64,000 bases of DNA from Eledone cirrhosa. Its lineage: Eukaryota. Positions within the stretch are counted from its first letter, which is position 1; each line of letters starts with the position of its first letter. The DNA is taken from assembly GCA_964016885.1 (NCBI GenBank), contig OZ024744.1, forward strand, positions 23,188,001 through 23,252,000, written 5' to 3'. Made by a program: the position numbers and the translations under genes. A model generated the notes under the pieces. It had not been told where the DNA came from, made no database searches, and saw only the letters and a list, made by a program, of their open reading frames with translations. Positions 12,030-24,750 of this stretch are shown piece by piece.

Positions 12030-15000
12030 GTCAGTTCTTAAGATTCAACTGTTGTTAAAACGAGTTTTATTTGAAGATTCAACTGTTGTTAAAATGAGTC
12101 AGTTCTTAAGGTTGAACTGTTGATAAAACGAGTCAGTTCTTAAGATTCAACTGTTGTAAAACGAGTTTTATCTTAAGATTCAGCTGTTGTTAAAACGAGT
12201 CAGTTCTTAAGATTCAACTGTTGTTAAAACCAGTTTTATCTTAAGATTCAACTGTTATTAAAACGAGTCAGTTCTTAAGATTCAACTGTTGTTAAAACGA
12301 GTTTTATCTTAAGATTCAACTGTTGTTTAAACGAGTTTTATCTTAAGATTCAACTGTTGTTAAACGAATCAGTTGTAATGATTCAACTGTTGTTAAAACG
12401 AGTTTTATTTGAATCAGTTCTTAAGATTCAACTGTCGTTAAAACGAGTTTTATTCGAAGATTCAACTGTTGCTAAAACGAGTCAATTCTTAAGGTTGAAC
12501 TGTTGATAAAACGAGTCAGTTCTTAAGATTCAACTGTTGTTAACACGAGTTTTATCTTAAGATTCAACTGTTGTTAAAACGAGTCAGTTCTTAAGATTCA
12601 ACTGCTGTTAAAACGAGTTTTATCTTAAGTTTCAACTGTTGTTAAAACAAGTCAGTTCTTTAGATTCAACTGTTGTTAAAACGAGTTATATCTTAAGATT
12701 CAACTGTTGTTAAAACGAGTCAGTTCTTAAGATTCAACTGTTGTTAAAACGAGTTTTATCTTAAGATTCAACTGTTGTTAAAACGAGACAGTTCTTAAGA
12801 TTCAACTGTTGTTAAAACGAGTCAGTTCTTAAGATTCAACTGTTGTTAAAACGAGTTTTATTTGAAGATTGAACTGTTGTTAAAACGAGTCAGTTCTTAT
12901 GGTTGAACTGTTGTTAAAACGAATCAGTTCTTAAGATTCAACTGTTGTTAAAACGAGTTTTATCTTAAGATTCAACTGTTGTTAAAATGAGTTAGTTCTT
13001 AAGATTCAACTGTTGTTAAAACGAGTTTTATCTTAAGATTCAACTGTTGTTAAAACGAGTCAGTTCTTAAGATTCAACTGTTGTTAAAACGAGTTTTATT
13101 TGAAGATTCAACTGTTGTTAAAACGGGTCAGTTCTTAAGGTTGAACTGTTGTTAAAACGAGTCAGTTCTTAAGATTCAACTGTTGTTAAAACGAGTTTTA
13201 TCTAAAGATCAGCTGTTGTTAAAATGAGTCAGTTCTTAAGATTCAACTGTTGTTAAAACGAGTTTTATCATACGATTCAACTGTTGTTAAAACGAGTTTT
13301 ATTTGAAGATTCAACTGTTGTTAAAACGAGTCAGTTCTTAAGATTGAACTGTTGATAAAACGAGACAGTTCTTAAGATTCAACTGTTGTTAAAACGAGTT
13401 TTATCTTAAGATTCAGCTGTTGTTAAAACGAGTAAGTTCTTAAGATTCAACTGTTGTTAAAACGAGTTTTATCTTAAGATTCAACTGTTGTTAAAACGAG
13501 TTTATCTTAAGATTCAGCTGTTGTTAACACGAATCAGTTCTTAAGATTCAACTGTTGTTAAAACGAGTTTTATTTGAAGATTCAACTGTTGTTAAAATGA
13601 GTCAGTTCTTAAGGTTGAACTGCTGATAAAGCGAGTCAGTTGTTAAGATTCAACTGTTGTTAAAACGAGTTTTATCTTAAGATTCAACTATTGTTAAAAC
13701 GAGTTTTATTTGAAGATTCATCTGTTGTTAAAATGAGTCAGTCCTTAAGGTTGAACTGTTGATAAAACGAGTCAGTTCTTAAGAGTCAACTGTTGTTAAA
13801 ACGAGTTTTATCTTAAGATTCAGCTGTTGTTAAAACGAGTCAGTTCTTAAGATTCAACTGTTGTTAAAACGAGTTTTATCTTAAGATTCAACTGTTATTA
13901 AAACGAGTCAGTTCTTAAGATTCAACTGTTGTTAAAACGAGTTTTATCTTAAGATTCAACTGTTGTTAAAACGAGTTTATCTTAAGATTCAGTTGTTGTT
14001 AAAACGAATCAGTTCTTAAGATTCAACTGTTGTTAAAACGAGTTTTATTTGAAGATTCAGCTGTTGTTAAAACGAGTCAGTTCTTAAGATTCAGCTGTTG
14101 TTAAAACGAATCAGTTCTTAAGATTCAACTGTTGTTAAAACGAGTTTTATCTTAAGATTTAGCTGTTGTTAAAACGAGTCAGTTATTAAGATTCAACTGT
14201 TGTTAAAACGAGTTTATCTTAAAATTCAGCTGTTGTTAAAACGAGTCAGTTCTTAAGATTCAACTGTTGTTAAAACGAGTTTTATCTTAAGATTCAACTG
14301 TTGTTAAAACGAGTTTATCTTAAGATTCAGCTGTTGTTAAAACGAGTCAGTTCTTAAGGTTGAACTGTTGATAAAACAAGTCAGTTCTTACGATTCAACT
14401 GTTGTTAAAACGAGTTTTATCTTAAGATTCATCTGTTGTTAAAACGAGTCAGTTCTTAAGATTCAACTGTTGTTAAAACGAGTTTTATTTGAAGATTCAA
14501 CTGTTGTTAAAATGAGTCAGTTCTTAAGGTTGAACTGTTGATAAAACGAGTTTTATCTTAAGATTCAATTGTTGTTAAAACGAGTCAGTTCTTAAGATTC
14601 AACTGTTGTTAAAACGAGTTTTATCTTAAGATTCAACTGTTGTTAAAACGAGTTTATCTTAAGATTCAGTTGTTGTTAAAACGAATCAGTTCTTAAGATT
14701 CAACTGTTGTTAAAACGAGTTTTATTTGAAGATTCAACTGTTGTTAAAATGAGTCAGTTCTTAAGGTTGAACTGTTGATAAAACGAGTCAGTTCTTAAGA
14801 TTCAACTGTTGTAAAACGAGTTTTATCTTAAGATTCAGATGTTGTTAAAACGAGTCAGTTCTTAAGATTCAACTGTTGTTAAAACCAGTTTTATCTTAAG
14901 ATTCAACTGTTATTAAAACGAGTCAGTTCTTAAGATTCAACTGTTGTTAAAACGAGTTTTATATTAAGATTCAACTGTTGTTTAAACGAGTTTTATCTTA

Positions 15001-17270
15001 AGATTCAACTGTTGTTAAACGAATCAGTTGTAATGATTCAACTGTTGTTAAAACGAGTTTTATTTGAATCAGTTCTTAAGATTCAACTGTCGTTAAAACG
15101 AGTTTTATTCGAAGATTCAACTGTTGCTAAAACGAGTCAATTCTTAAGGTTGAACTGTTGATAAAACGAGTCAGTTCTTAAGATTCAACTGTTGTTAACA
15201 CGAGTTTTATCTTAAGATTCAACTGTTGTTAAAACGAGTCAGTTCTTAAGATTCAACTGCTGTTAAAACGAGTTTTATCTTAAGTTTCAACTGTTGTTAA
15301 AACAAGTCAGTTCTTTAGATTCAACTGTTGTTAAAACGAGTTATATCTTAAGATTCAACTGTTGTTAAAACGAGTCAGTTCTTAAGATTCAACTGTTGTT
15401 AAAACGAGTTTTATCTTAAGATTCAACTGTTGTTAAAACGAGACAGTTCTTAAGATTCAACTGTTGTTAAAACGAGTCAGTTCTTAAGATTCAACTGTTG
15501 TTAAAACGAGTTTTATTTGAAGATTGAACTGTTGTTAAAACGAGTCAGTTCTTATGGTTGAACTGTTGTTAAAACGAATCAGTTCTTAAGATTCAACTGT
15601 TGTTAAAACGAGTTTTATCTTAAGATTCAACTGTTGTTAAAATGAGTTAGTTCTTAAGATTCAACTGTTGTTAAAACGAGTTTTATCTTAAGATTCAACT
15701 GTTGTTAAAACGAGTCAGTTCTTAAGATTCAACTGTTGTTAAAACGAGTTTTATTTGAAGATTCAACTGTTGTTAAAACGGGTCAGTTCTTAAGGTTGAA
15801 CTGTTGTTAAAACGAGTCAGTTCTTAAGATTCAACTGTTGTTAAAACGAGTTTTATCTAAAGATCAGCTGTTGTTAAAATGAGTCAGTTCTTAAGATTCA
15901 ACTGTTGTTAAAACGAGTTTTATCATACGATTCAACTGTTGTTAAAACGAGTTTTATTTGAAGATTCAACTGTTGTTAAAACGAGTCAGTTCTTAAGATT
16001 GAACTGTTGATAAAACGAGACAGTTCTTAAGATTCAACTGTTGTTAAAACGAGTTTTATCTTAAGATTCAGCTGTTGTTAAAACGAGTAAGTTCTTAAGA
16101 TTCAACTGTTGTTAAAACGAGTTTTATCTTAAGATTCAACTGTTGTTAAAACGAGTTTATCTTAAGATTCAGCTGTTGTTAACACGAATCAGTTCTTAAG
16201 ATTCAACTGTTGTTAAAACGAGTTTTATTTGAAGATTCAACTGTTGTTAAAATGAGTCAGTTCTTAAGGTTGAACTGCTGATAAAGCGAGTCAGTTGTTA
16301 AGATTCAACTGTTGTTAAAACGAGTTTTATCTTAAGATTCAACTATTGTTAAAACGAGTTTTATTTGAAGATTCATCTGTTGTTAAAATGAGTCAGTCCT
16401 TAAGGTTGAACTGTTGATAAAACGAGTCAGTTCTTAAGAGTCAACTGTTGTTAAAACGAGTTTTATCTTAAGATTCAGCTGTTGTTAAAACGAGTCAGTT
16501 CTTAAGATTCAACTGTTGTTAAAACGAGTTTTATCTTAAGATTCAACTGTTATTAAAACGAGTCAGTTCTTAAGATTCAACTGTTGTTAAAACGAGTTTT
16601 ATCTTAAGATTCAACTGTTGTTAAAACGAGTTTATCTTAAGATTCAGTTGTTGTTAAAACGAATCAGTTCTTAAGATTCAACTGTTGTTAAAACGAGTTT
16701 TATTTGAAGATTCAGCTGTTGTTAAAACGAGTCAGTTCTTAAGATTCAGCTGTTGTTAAAACGAATCAGTTCTTAAGATTCAACTGTTGTTAAAACGAGT
16801 TTTATCTTAAGATTTAGCTGTTGTTAAAACGAGTCAGTTATTAAGATTCAACTGTTGTTAAAACGAGTTTATCTTAAAATTCAGCTGTTGTTAAAACGAG
16901 TCAGTTCTTAAGATTCAACTGTTGTTAAAACGAGTTTTATCTTAAGATTCAACTGTTGTTAAAACGAGTTTATCTTAAGATTCAGCTGTTGTTAAAACGA
17001 GTCAGTTCTTAAGGTTGAACTGTTGATAAAACAAGTCAGTTCTTACGATTCAACTGTTGTTAAAACGAGTTTAATCTTAAGATTCATCTGTTGTTAAAAC
17101 GAGTCAGTTCTTAAGATTCAACTGTTGTTAAAACGAGTTTTATTTGAAGATTCAACTGTTGTTAAAATGAGTCAGTTCTTAAGGTTGAACTGTTGATAAA
17201 ACGAGTTTTATCTTAAGATTCAATTGTTGTTAAAACGAGTCAGTTCTTAAGATTCAACTGTTGTTAAAAC
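12030..17270 (+). repeat. 2,655-bp higher-order repeat, about 2 tandem copies
   Basis: Marker offsets 12411 to 15066 and 13207 to 15862 are both 2,655 bp. This is consistent with 78 monomers plus one 11-bp remnant, minus several 1-bp deletions. Confidence 0.85.
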
Positions 17271-17549
17271 GAGTTATATCTTAAGATTCAACTGTTGTTA
17301 AAACGAGTCAGTTCTTAAGATTCAACTGTTGTTAAAACGAGTTTTATTTGAAGATTCAACTGTTGTTAAAACGAGTCAGTTCTTAAGGTTGAACTGTTGA
17401 TAAAACGAGTCAGTTCTTAAGATTCAACTGTTGTTAAAACGAGTTTTATCTTAAGATTCAACTGTTGTTAAAACGAGACAGTTCTTAAGATTCAACGGTT
17501 GTTAAAACGAGACATTTCTTAAGATTCAACTGTTGTTAAAACGAGTTTT

Positions 17550-20500
17550 ATCTTAAGATTCAACTGTTGTTAAAACGAGTTTTATCTTAAGATTCAACTG
17601 TTGTTAAAACGAGACAGTTCTTAAGATTCAACTGTTGTTAAAACGAGTCAGTTCTTAAGATTCAACTGTTGTTAAAACGAGTTTTATTTGAAGATTGAAC
17701 TGTTGTTAAAACGAGTCAGTTCTTATGGTTGAACTGTTGTTAAAACGAATCAGTTCTTAAGATTCAACTGTTGTTAAAACGAGTTTTATCTTAAGATTCA
17801 ACTGTTGTTAAAATGAGTTAGTTCTTAAGATTCAACTGTTGTTAAAACGAGTTTTATCTTAAGATTCAACTGTTGTTAAAACGAGTCAGTTCTTAAGATT
17901 CAACTGTTGTTAAAACGAGTTTTATTTGAAGATTCAACTGTTGTTAAAACGGGTCAGTTCTTAAGGTTGAACTGTTGTTAAAACGAGTCAGTTCTTAAGA
18001 TTCAACTGTTGTTAAAACGAGTTTTATCTAAAGATCAGCTGTTGTTAAAATGAGTCAGTTCTTAAGATTCAACTGTTGTTAAAACGAGTTTTATCATACG
18101 ATTCAACTGTTGTTAAAACGAGTTTTATTTGAAGATTCAACTGTTGTTAAAACGAGTCAGTTCTTAAGATTGAACTGTTGATAAAACGAGACAGTTCTTA
18201 AGATTCAACTGTTGTTAAAACGAGTTTTATCTTAAGATTCAGCTGTTGTTAAAACGAGTAAGTTCTTAAGATTCAACTGTTGTTAAAACGAGTTTTATCT
18301 TAAGATTCAACTGTTGTTAAAACGAGTTTATCTTAAGATTCAGCTGTTGTTAACACGGATCAGTTCTTAAGATTCAACTGTTGTTAAAACGAGTTTTATT
18401 TGAAGATTCAACTGTTGTTAAAATGAGTCAGTTCTTAAGGTTGAACTGCTGATAAAGCGAGTCAGTTGTTAAGATTCAACTGTTGTTAAAACGAGTTTTA
18501 TCTTAAGATTCAACTATTGTTAAAACGTGTTTTATTTGAAGATTCATCTGTTGTTAAAATGAGTCAGTCCTTAAGGTTGAACTGTTGATAAAACGAGTCA
18601 GTTCTTAAGAGTCAACTGTTGTTAAAACGAGTTTTATCTTAAGATTCAGCTGTTGTTAAAACGAGTCAGTTCTTAAGATTCAACTGTTGTTAAAACGAGT
18701 TTTATCTTAAGATTCAACTGTTATTAAAACGAGTCAGTTCTTAAGATTCAACTGTTGTTAAAACGAGTTTTATCTTAAGATTCAACTGTTGTTAAAACGA
18801 GTTTATCTTAAGATTCAGTTGTTGTTAAAACGAATCAGTTCTTAAGATTCAACTGTTGTTAAAACGAGTTTTATTTGAAGATTCAGCTGTTGTTAAAACG
18901 AGTCAGTTCTTAAGATTCAGCTGTTGTTAAAACGAATCAGTTCTTAAGATTCAACTGTTGTTAAAACGAGTTTTATCTTAAGATTTAGCTGTTGTTAAAA
19001 CGAGTCAGTTATTAAGATTCAACTGTTGTTAAAACGAGTTTATCTTAAAATTCAGCTGTTGTTAAAACGAGTCAGTTCTTAAGATTCAACTGTTGTTAAA
19101 ACGAGTTTTATCTTAAGATTCAACTGTTGTTAAAACGAGTTTATCTTAAGATTCAGCTGTTGTTAAAACGAGTCAGTTCTTAAGGTTGAACTGTTGATAA
19201 AACAAGTCAGTTCTTACGATTCAACTGTTGTTAAAACGAGTTTTATCTTAAGATTCATCTGTTGTTAAAACGAGTCAGTTCTTAAGATTCAACTGTTGTT
19301 AAAACGAGTTTTATTTGAAGATTCAACTGTTGTTAAAATGAGTCAGTTCTTAAGGTTGAACTGTTGATAAAACGAGTTTTATCTTAAGATTCAATTGTTG
19401 TTAAAACGAGTCAGTTCTTAAGATTCAACTGTTGTTAAAACGAGTTTTATCTTAAGATTCAACTGTTGTTAAAACGAGTTTATCTTAAGATTCAGTTGTT
19501 GTTAAAACGAATCAGTTCTTAAGATTCAACTGTTGTTAAAACGAGTTTTATTTGAAGATTCAACTGTTGTTAAAATGCGTCAGTTCTTAAGGTTGAACTG
19601 TTGATAAAACGAGTCAGTTCTTAAGATTCAACTGTTGTAAAACGAGTTTTATCTTAAGATTCAGCTGTTGTTAAAACGAGTCAGTTCTTAAGATTCAACT
19701 GTTGTTAAAACCAGTTTTATCTTAAGATTCAACTGTTATTAAAACGAGTCAGTTCTTAAGATTCAACTGTTGTTAAAACGAGTTTTATCTTAAGATTCAA
19801 CTGTTGTTTAAACGAGTTTTATCTTAAGATTCAACTGTTGTTAAACGAATCAGTTGTAATGATTCAACTGTTGTTAAAACGAGTTTTATTTGAATCAGTT
19901 CTTAAGATTCAACTGTCGTTAAAACGAGTTTTATTCGAAGATTCAACTGTTGCTAAAACGAGTCAATTCTTAAGGTTGAACTGTTGATAAAACGAGTCAG
20001 TTCTTAAGATTCAACTGTTGTTAACACGAGTTTTATCTTAAGATTCAACTGTTGTTAAAACGAGTCAGTTCTTTAGATTCAACTGCTGTTAAAACGAGTT
20101 TTATCTTAAGTTTCAACTGTTGTTAAAACAAGTCAGTTCTTTAGATTCAACTGTTGTTAAAACGAGTTATATCTTAAGATTCAACTGTTGTTAAAACGAG
20201 TCAGTTCTTAAGATTCAACTGTTGTTAAAACGAGTTTTATCTTAAGATTCAACTGTTGTTAAAACGAGACAGTTCTTAAGATTCAACTGTTGTTAAAACG
20301 AGTCAGTTCTTAAGATTCAACTGTTGTTAAAACGAGTTTTATTTGAAGATTGAACTGTTGTTAAAACGAGTCAGTTCTTATGGTTGAACTGTTGTTAAAA
20401 CGAATCAGTTCTTAAGATTCAACTGTTGTTAAAACGAGTTTTATCTTAAGATTCAACTGTTGTTAAAATGAGTTAGTTCTTAAGATTCAACTGTTGTTAA

Positions 20501-23500
20501 AACGAGTTTTATCTTAAGATTCAACTGTTGTTAAAACGAGTCAGTTCTTAAGATTCAACTGTTGTTAAAACGAGTTTTATTTGAAGATTCAACTGTTGTT
20601 AAAACGGGTCAGTTCTTAAGGTTGAACTGTTGTTAAAACGAGTCAGTTCTTAAGATTCAACTGTTGTTAAAACGAGTTTTATCTAAAGATCAGCTGTTGT
20701 TAAAATGAGTCAGTTCTTAAGATTCAACTGTTGTTAAAACGAGTTTTATCATACGATTCAACTGTTGTTAAAACGAGTTTTATTTGAAGATTCAACTGTT
20801 GTTAAAACGAGTCAGTTCTTAAGATTGAACTGTTGATAAAACGAGACAGTTCTTAAGATTCAACTGTTGTTAAAACGAGTTTTATCTTAAGATTCAGCTG
20901 TTGTTAAAACGAGTAAGTTCTTAAGATTCAACTGTTGTTAAAACGAGTTTTATCTTAAGATTCAACTGTTGTTAAAACGAGTTTATCTTAAGATTCAGCT
21001 GTTGTTAACACGGATCAGTTCTTAAGATTCAACTGTTGTTAAAACGAGTTTTATTTGAAGATTCAACTGTTGTTAAAATGAGTCAGTTCTTAAGGTTGAA
21101 CTGCTGATAAAGCGAGTCAGTTGTTAAGATTCAACTGTTGTTAAAACGAGTTTTATCTTAAGATTCAACTATTGTTAAAACGAGTTTTATTTGAAGATTC
21201 ATCTGTTGTTAAAATGAGTCAGTCCTTAAGGTTGAACTGTTGATAAAACGAGTCAGTTCTTAAGAGTCAACTGTTGTTAAAACGAGTTTTATCTTAAGAT
21301 TCAGCTGTTGTTAAAACGAGTCAGTTCTTAAGATTCAACTGTTGTTAAAACGAGTTTTATCTTAAGATTCAACTGTTATTAAAACGAGTCAGTTCTTAAG
21401 ATTCAACTGTTGTTAAAACGAGTTTTATCTTAAGATTCAACTGTTGTTAAAACGAGTTTATCTTAAGATTCAGTTGTTGTTAAAACGAATCAGTTCTTAA
21501 GATTCAACTGTTGTTAAAACGAGTTTTATTTGAAGATTCAGCTGTTGTTAAAACGAGTCAGTTCTTAAGATTCAGCTGTTGTTAAAACGAATCAGTTCTT
21601 AAGATTCAACTGTTGTTAAAACGAGTTTTATCTTAAGATTTAGCTGTTGTTAAAACGAGTCAGTTATTAAGATTCAACTGTTGTTAAAACGAGTTTATCT
21701 TAAAATTCAGCTGTTGTTAAAACGAGTCAGTTCTTAAGATTCAACTGTTGTTAAAACGAGTTTTATCTTAAGATTCAACTGTTGTTAAAACGAGTTTATC
21801 TTAAGATTCAGCTGTTGTTAAAACGAGTCAGTTCTTAAGGTTGAACTGTTGATAAAACAAGTCAGTTCTTACGATTCAACTGTTGTTAAAACGAGTTTTA
21901 TCTTAAGATTCATCTGTTGTTAAAACGAGTCAGTTCTTAAGATTCAACTGTTGTTAAAACGAGTTTTATTTGAAGATTCAACTGTTGTTAAAATGAGTCA
22001 GTTCTTAAGGTTGAACTGTTGATAAAACGAGTTTTATCTTAAGATTCAATTGTTGTTAAAACGAGTCAGTTCTTAAGATTCAACTGTTGTTAAAACGAGT
22101 TTTATCTTAAGATTCAACTGTTGTTAAAACGAGTTTATCTTAAGATTCAGTTGTTGTTAAAACGAATCAGTTCTTAAGATTCAACTGTTGTTAAAACGAG
22201 TTTTATTTGAAGATTCAACTGTTGTTAAAATGCGTCAGTTCTTAAGGTTGAACTGTTGATAAAACGAGTCAGTTCTTAAGATTCAACTGTTGTAAAACGA
22301 GTTTTATCTTAAGATTCAGCTGTTGTTAAAACGAGTCAGTTCTTAAGATTCAACTGTTGTTAAAACCAGTTTTATCTTAAGATTCAACTGTTATTAAAAC
22401 GAGTCAGTTCTTAAGATTCAACTGTTGTTAAAACGAGTTTTATCTTAAGATTCAACTGTTGTTTAAACGAGTTTTATCTTAAGATTCAACTGTTGTTAAA
22501 CGAATCAGTTGTAATGATTCAACTGTTGTTAAAACGAGTTTTATTTGAATCAGTTCTTAAGATTCAACTGTCGTTAAAACGAGTTTTATTCGAAGATTCA
22601 ACTGTTGCTAAAACGAGTCAATTCTTAAGGTTGAACTGTTGATAAAACGAGTCAGTTCTTAAGATTCAACTGTTGTTAACACGAGTTTTATCTTAAGATT
22701 CAACTGTTGTTAAAACGAGTCAGTTCTTTAGATTCAACTGCTGTTAAAACGAGTTTTATCTTAAGTTTCAACTGTTGTTAAAACAAGTCAGTTCTTTAGA
22801 TTCAACTGTTGTTAAAACGAGTTATATCTTAAGATTCAACTGTTGTTAAAACGAGTCAGTTCTTAAGATTCAACTGTTGTTAAAACGAGTTTTATCTTAA
22901 GATTCAACTGTTGTTAAAACGAGACAGTTCTTAAGATTCAACTGTTGTTAAAACGAGTCAGTTCTTAAGATTCAACTGTTGTTAAAACGAGTTTTATTTG
23001 AAGATTGAACTGTTGTTAAAACGAGTCAGTTCTTATGGTTGAACTGTTGTTAAAACGAATCAGTTCTTAAGATTCAACTGTTGTTAAAACGAGTTTTATC
23101 TTAAGATTCAACTGTTGTTAAAATGAGTTAGTTCTTAAGATTCAACTGTTGTTAAAACGAGTTTTATCTTAAGATTCAACTGTTGTTAAAACGAGTCAGT
23201 TCTTAAGATTCAACTGTTGTTAAAACGAGTTTTATTTGAAGATTCAACTGTTGTTAAAACGGGTCAGTTCTTAAGGTTGAACTGTTGTTAAAACGAGTCA
23301 GTTCTTAAGATTCAACTGTTGTTAAAACGAGTTTTATCTAAAGATCAGCTGTTGTTAAAATGAGTCAGTTCTTAAGATTCAACTGTTGTTAAAACGAGTT
23401 TTATCATACGATTCAACTGTTGTTAAAACGAGTTTTATTTGAAGATTCAACTGTTGTTAAAACGAGTCAGTTCTTAAGATTGAACTGTTGATAAAACGAG

Positions 23501-24750
23501 ACAGTTCTTAAGATTCAACTGTTGTTAAAACGAGTTTTATCTTAAGATTCAGCTGTTGTTAAAACGAGTAAGTTCTTAAGATTCAACTGTTGTTAAAACG
23601 AGTTTTATCTTAAGATTCAACTGTTGTTAAAACGAGTTTATCTTAAGATTCAGCTGTTGTTAACACGAATCAGTTCTTAAGATTCAACTGTTGTTAAAAC
23701 GAGTTTTATTTGAAGATTCAACTGTTGTTAAAATGAGTCAGTTCTTAAGGTTGAACTGCTGATAAAGCGAGTCAGTTGTTAAGATTCAACTGTTGTTAAA
23801 ACGAGTTTTATCTTAAGATTCAACTATTGTTAAAACGAGTTTTATTTGAAGATTCATCTGTTGTTAAAATGAGTCAGTCCTTAAGGTTGAACTGTTGATA
23901 AAACGAGTCAGTTCTTAAGAGTCAACTGTTGTTAAAACGAGTTTTATCTTAAGATTCAGCTGTTGTTAAAACGAGTCAGTTCTTAAGATTCAACTGTTGT
24001 TAAAACGAGTTTTATCTTAAGATTCAACTGTTATTAAAACGAGTCAGTTCTTAAGATTCAACTGTTGTTAAAACGAGTTTTATCTTAAGATTCAACTGTT
24101 GTTAAAACGAGTTTATCTTAAGATTCAGTTGTTGTTAAAACGAATCAGTTCTTAAGATTCAGCTGTTGTTAAAACGAGTTTTATTTGAAGATTCAGCTGT
24201 TGTTAAAACGAGTCAGTTCTTAAGATTCAGCTGTTGTTAAAACGAATCAGTTCTTAAGATTCAACTGTTGTTAAAACGAGTTTTATCTTAAGATTTAGCT
24301 GTTGTTAAAACGAGTCAGTTATTAAGATTCAACTGTTGTTAAAACGAGTTTATCTTAAAATTCAGCTGTTGTTAAAACGAGTCAGTTCTTAAGATTCAAC
24401 TGTTGTTAAAACGAGTTTTATCTTAAGATTCAACTGTTGTTAAAACGAGTTTATCTTAAGATTCAGCTGTTGTTAAAACGAGTCAGTTCTTAAGGTTGAA
24501 CTGTTGATAAAACAAGTCAGTTCTTACGATTCAACTGTTGTTAAAACGAGTTTTATCTTAAGATTCATCTGTTGTTAAAACGAGTCAGTTCTTAAGATTC
24601 AACTGTTGTTAAAACGAGTTTTATTTGAAGATTCAACTGTTGTTAAAATGAGTCAGTTCTTAAGGTTGAACTGTTGATAAAACGAGTTTTATCTTAAGAT
24701 TCAATTGTTGTTAAAACGAGTCAGTTCTTAAGATTCAACTGTTGTTAAAA
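17550..24750 (+). repeat. 2,655-bp higher-order repeat, about 2.7 tandem copies
   Basis: GATCAG occurs at 18033/20688/23343 and the truncated monomer at 19892/22547. Private SNPs at 18357/21012, 19578/22233 and 20074/22729 are all offset by 2,655. Confidence 0.9.
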
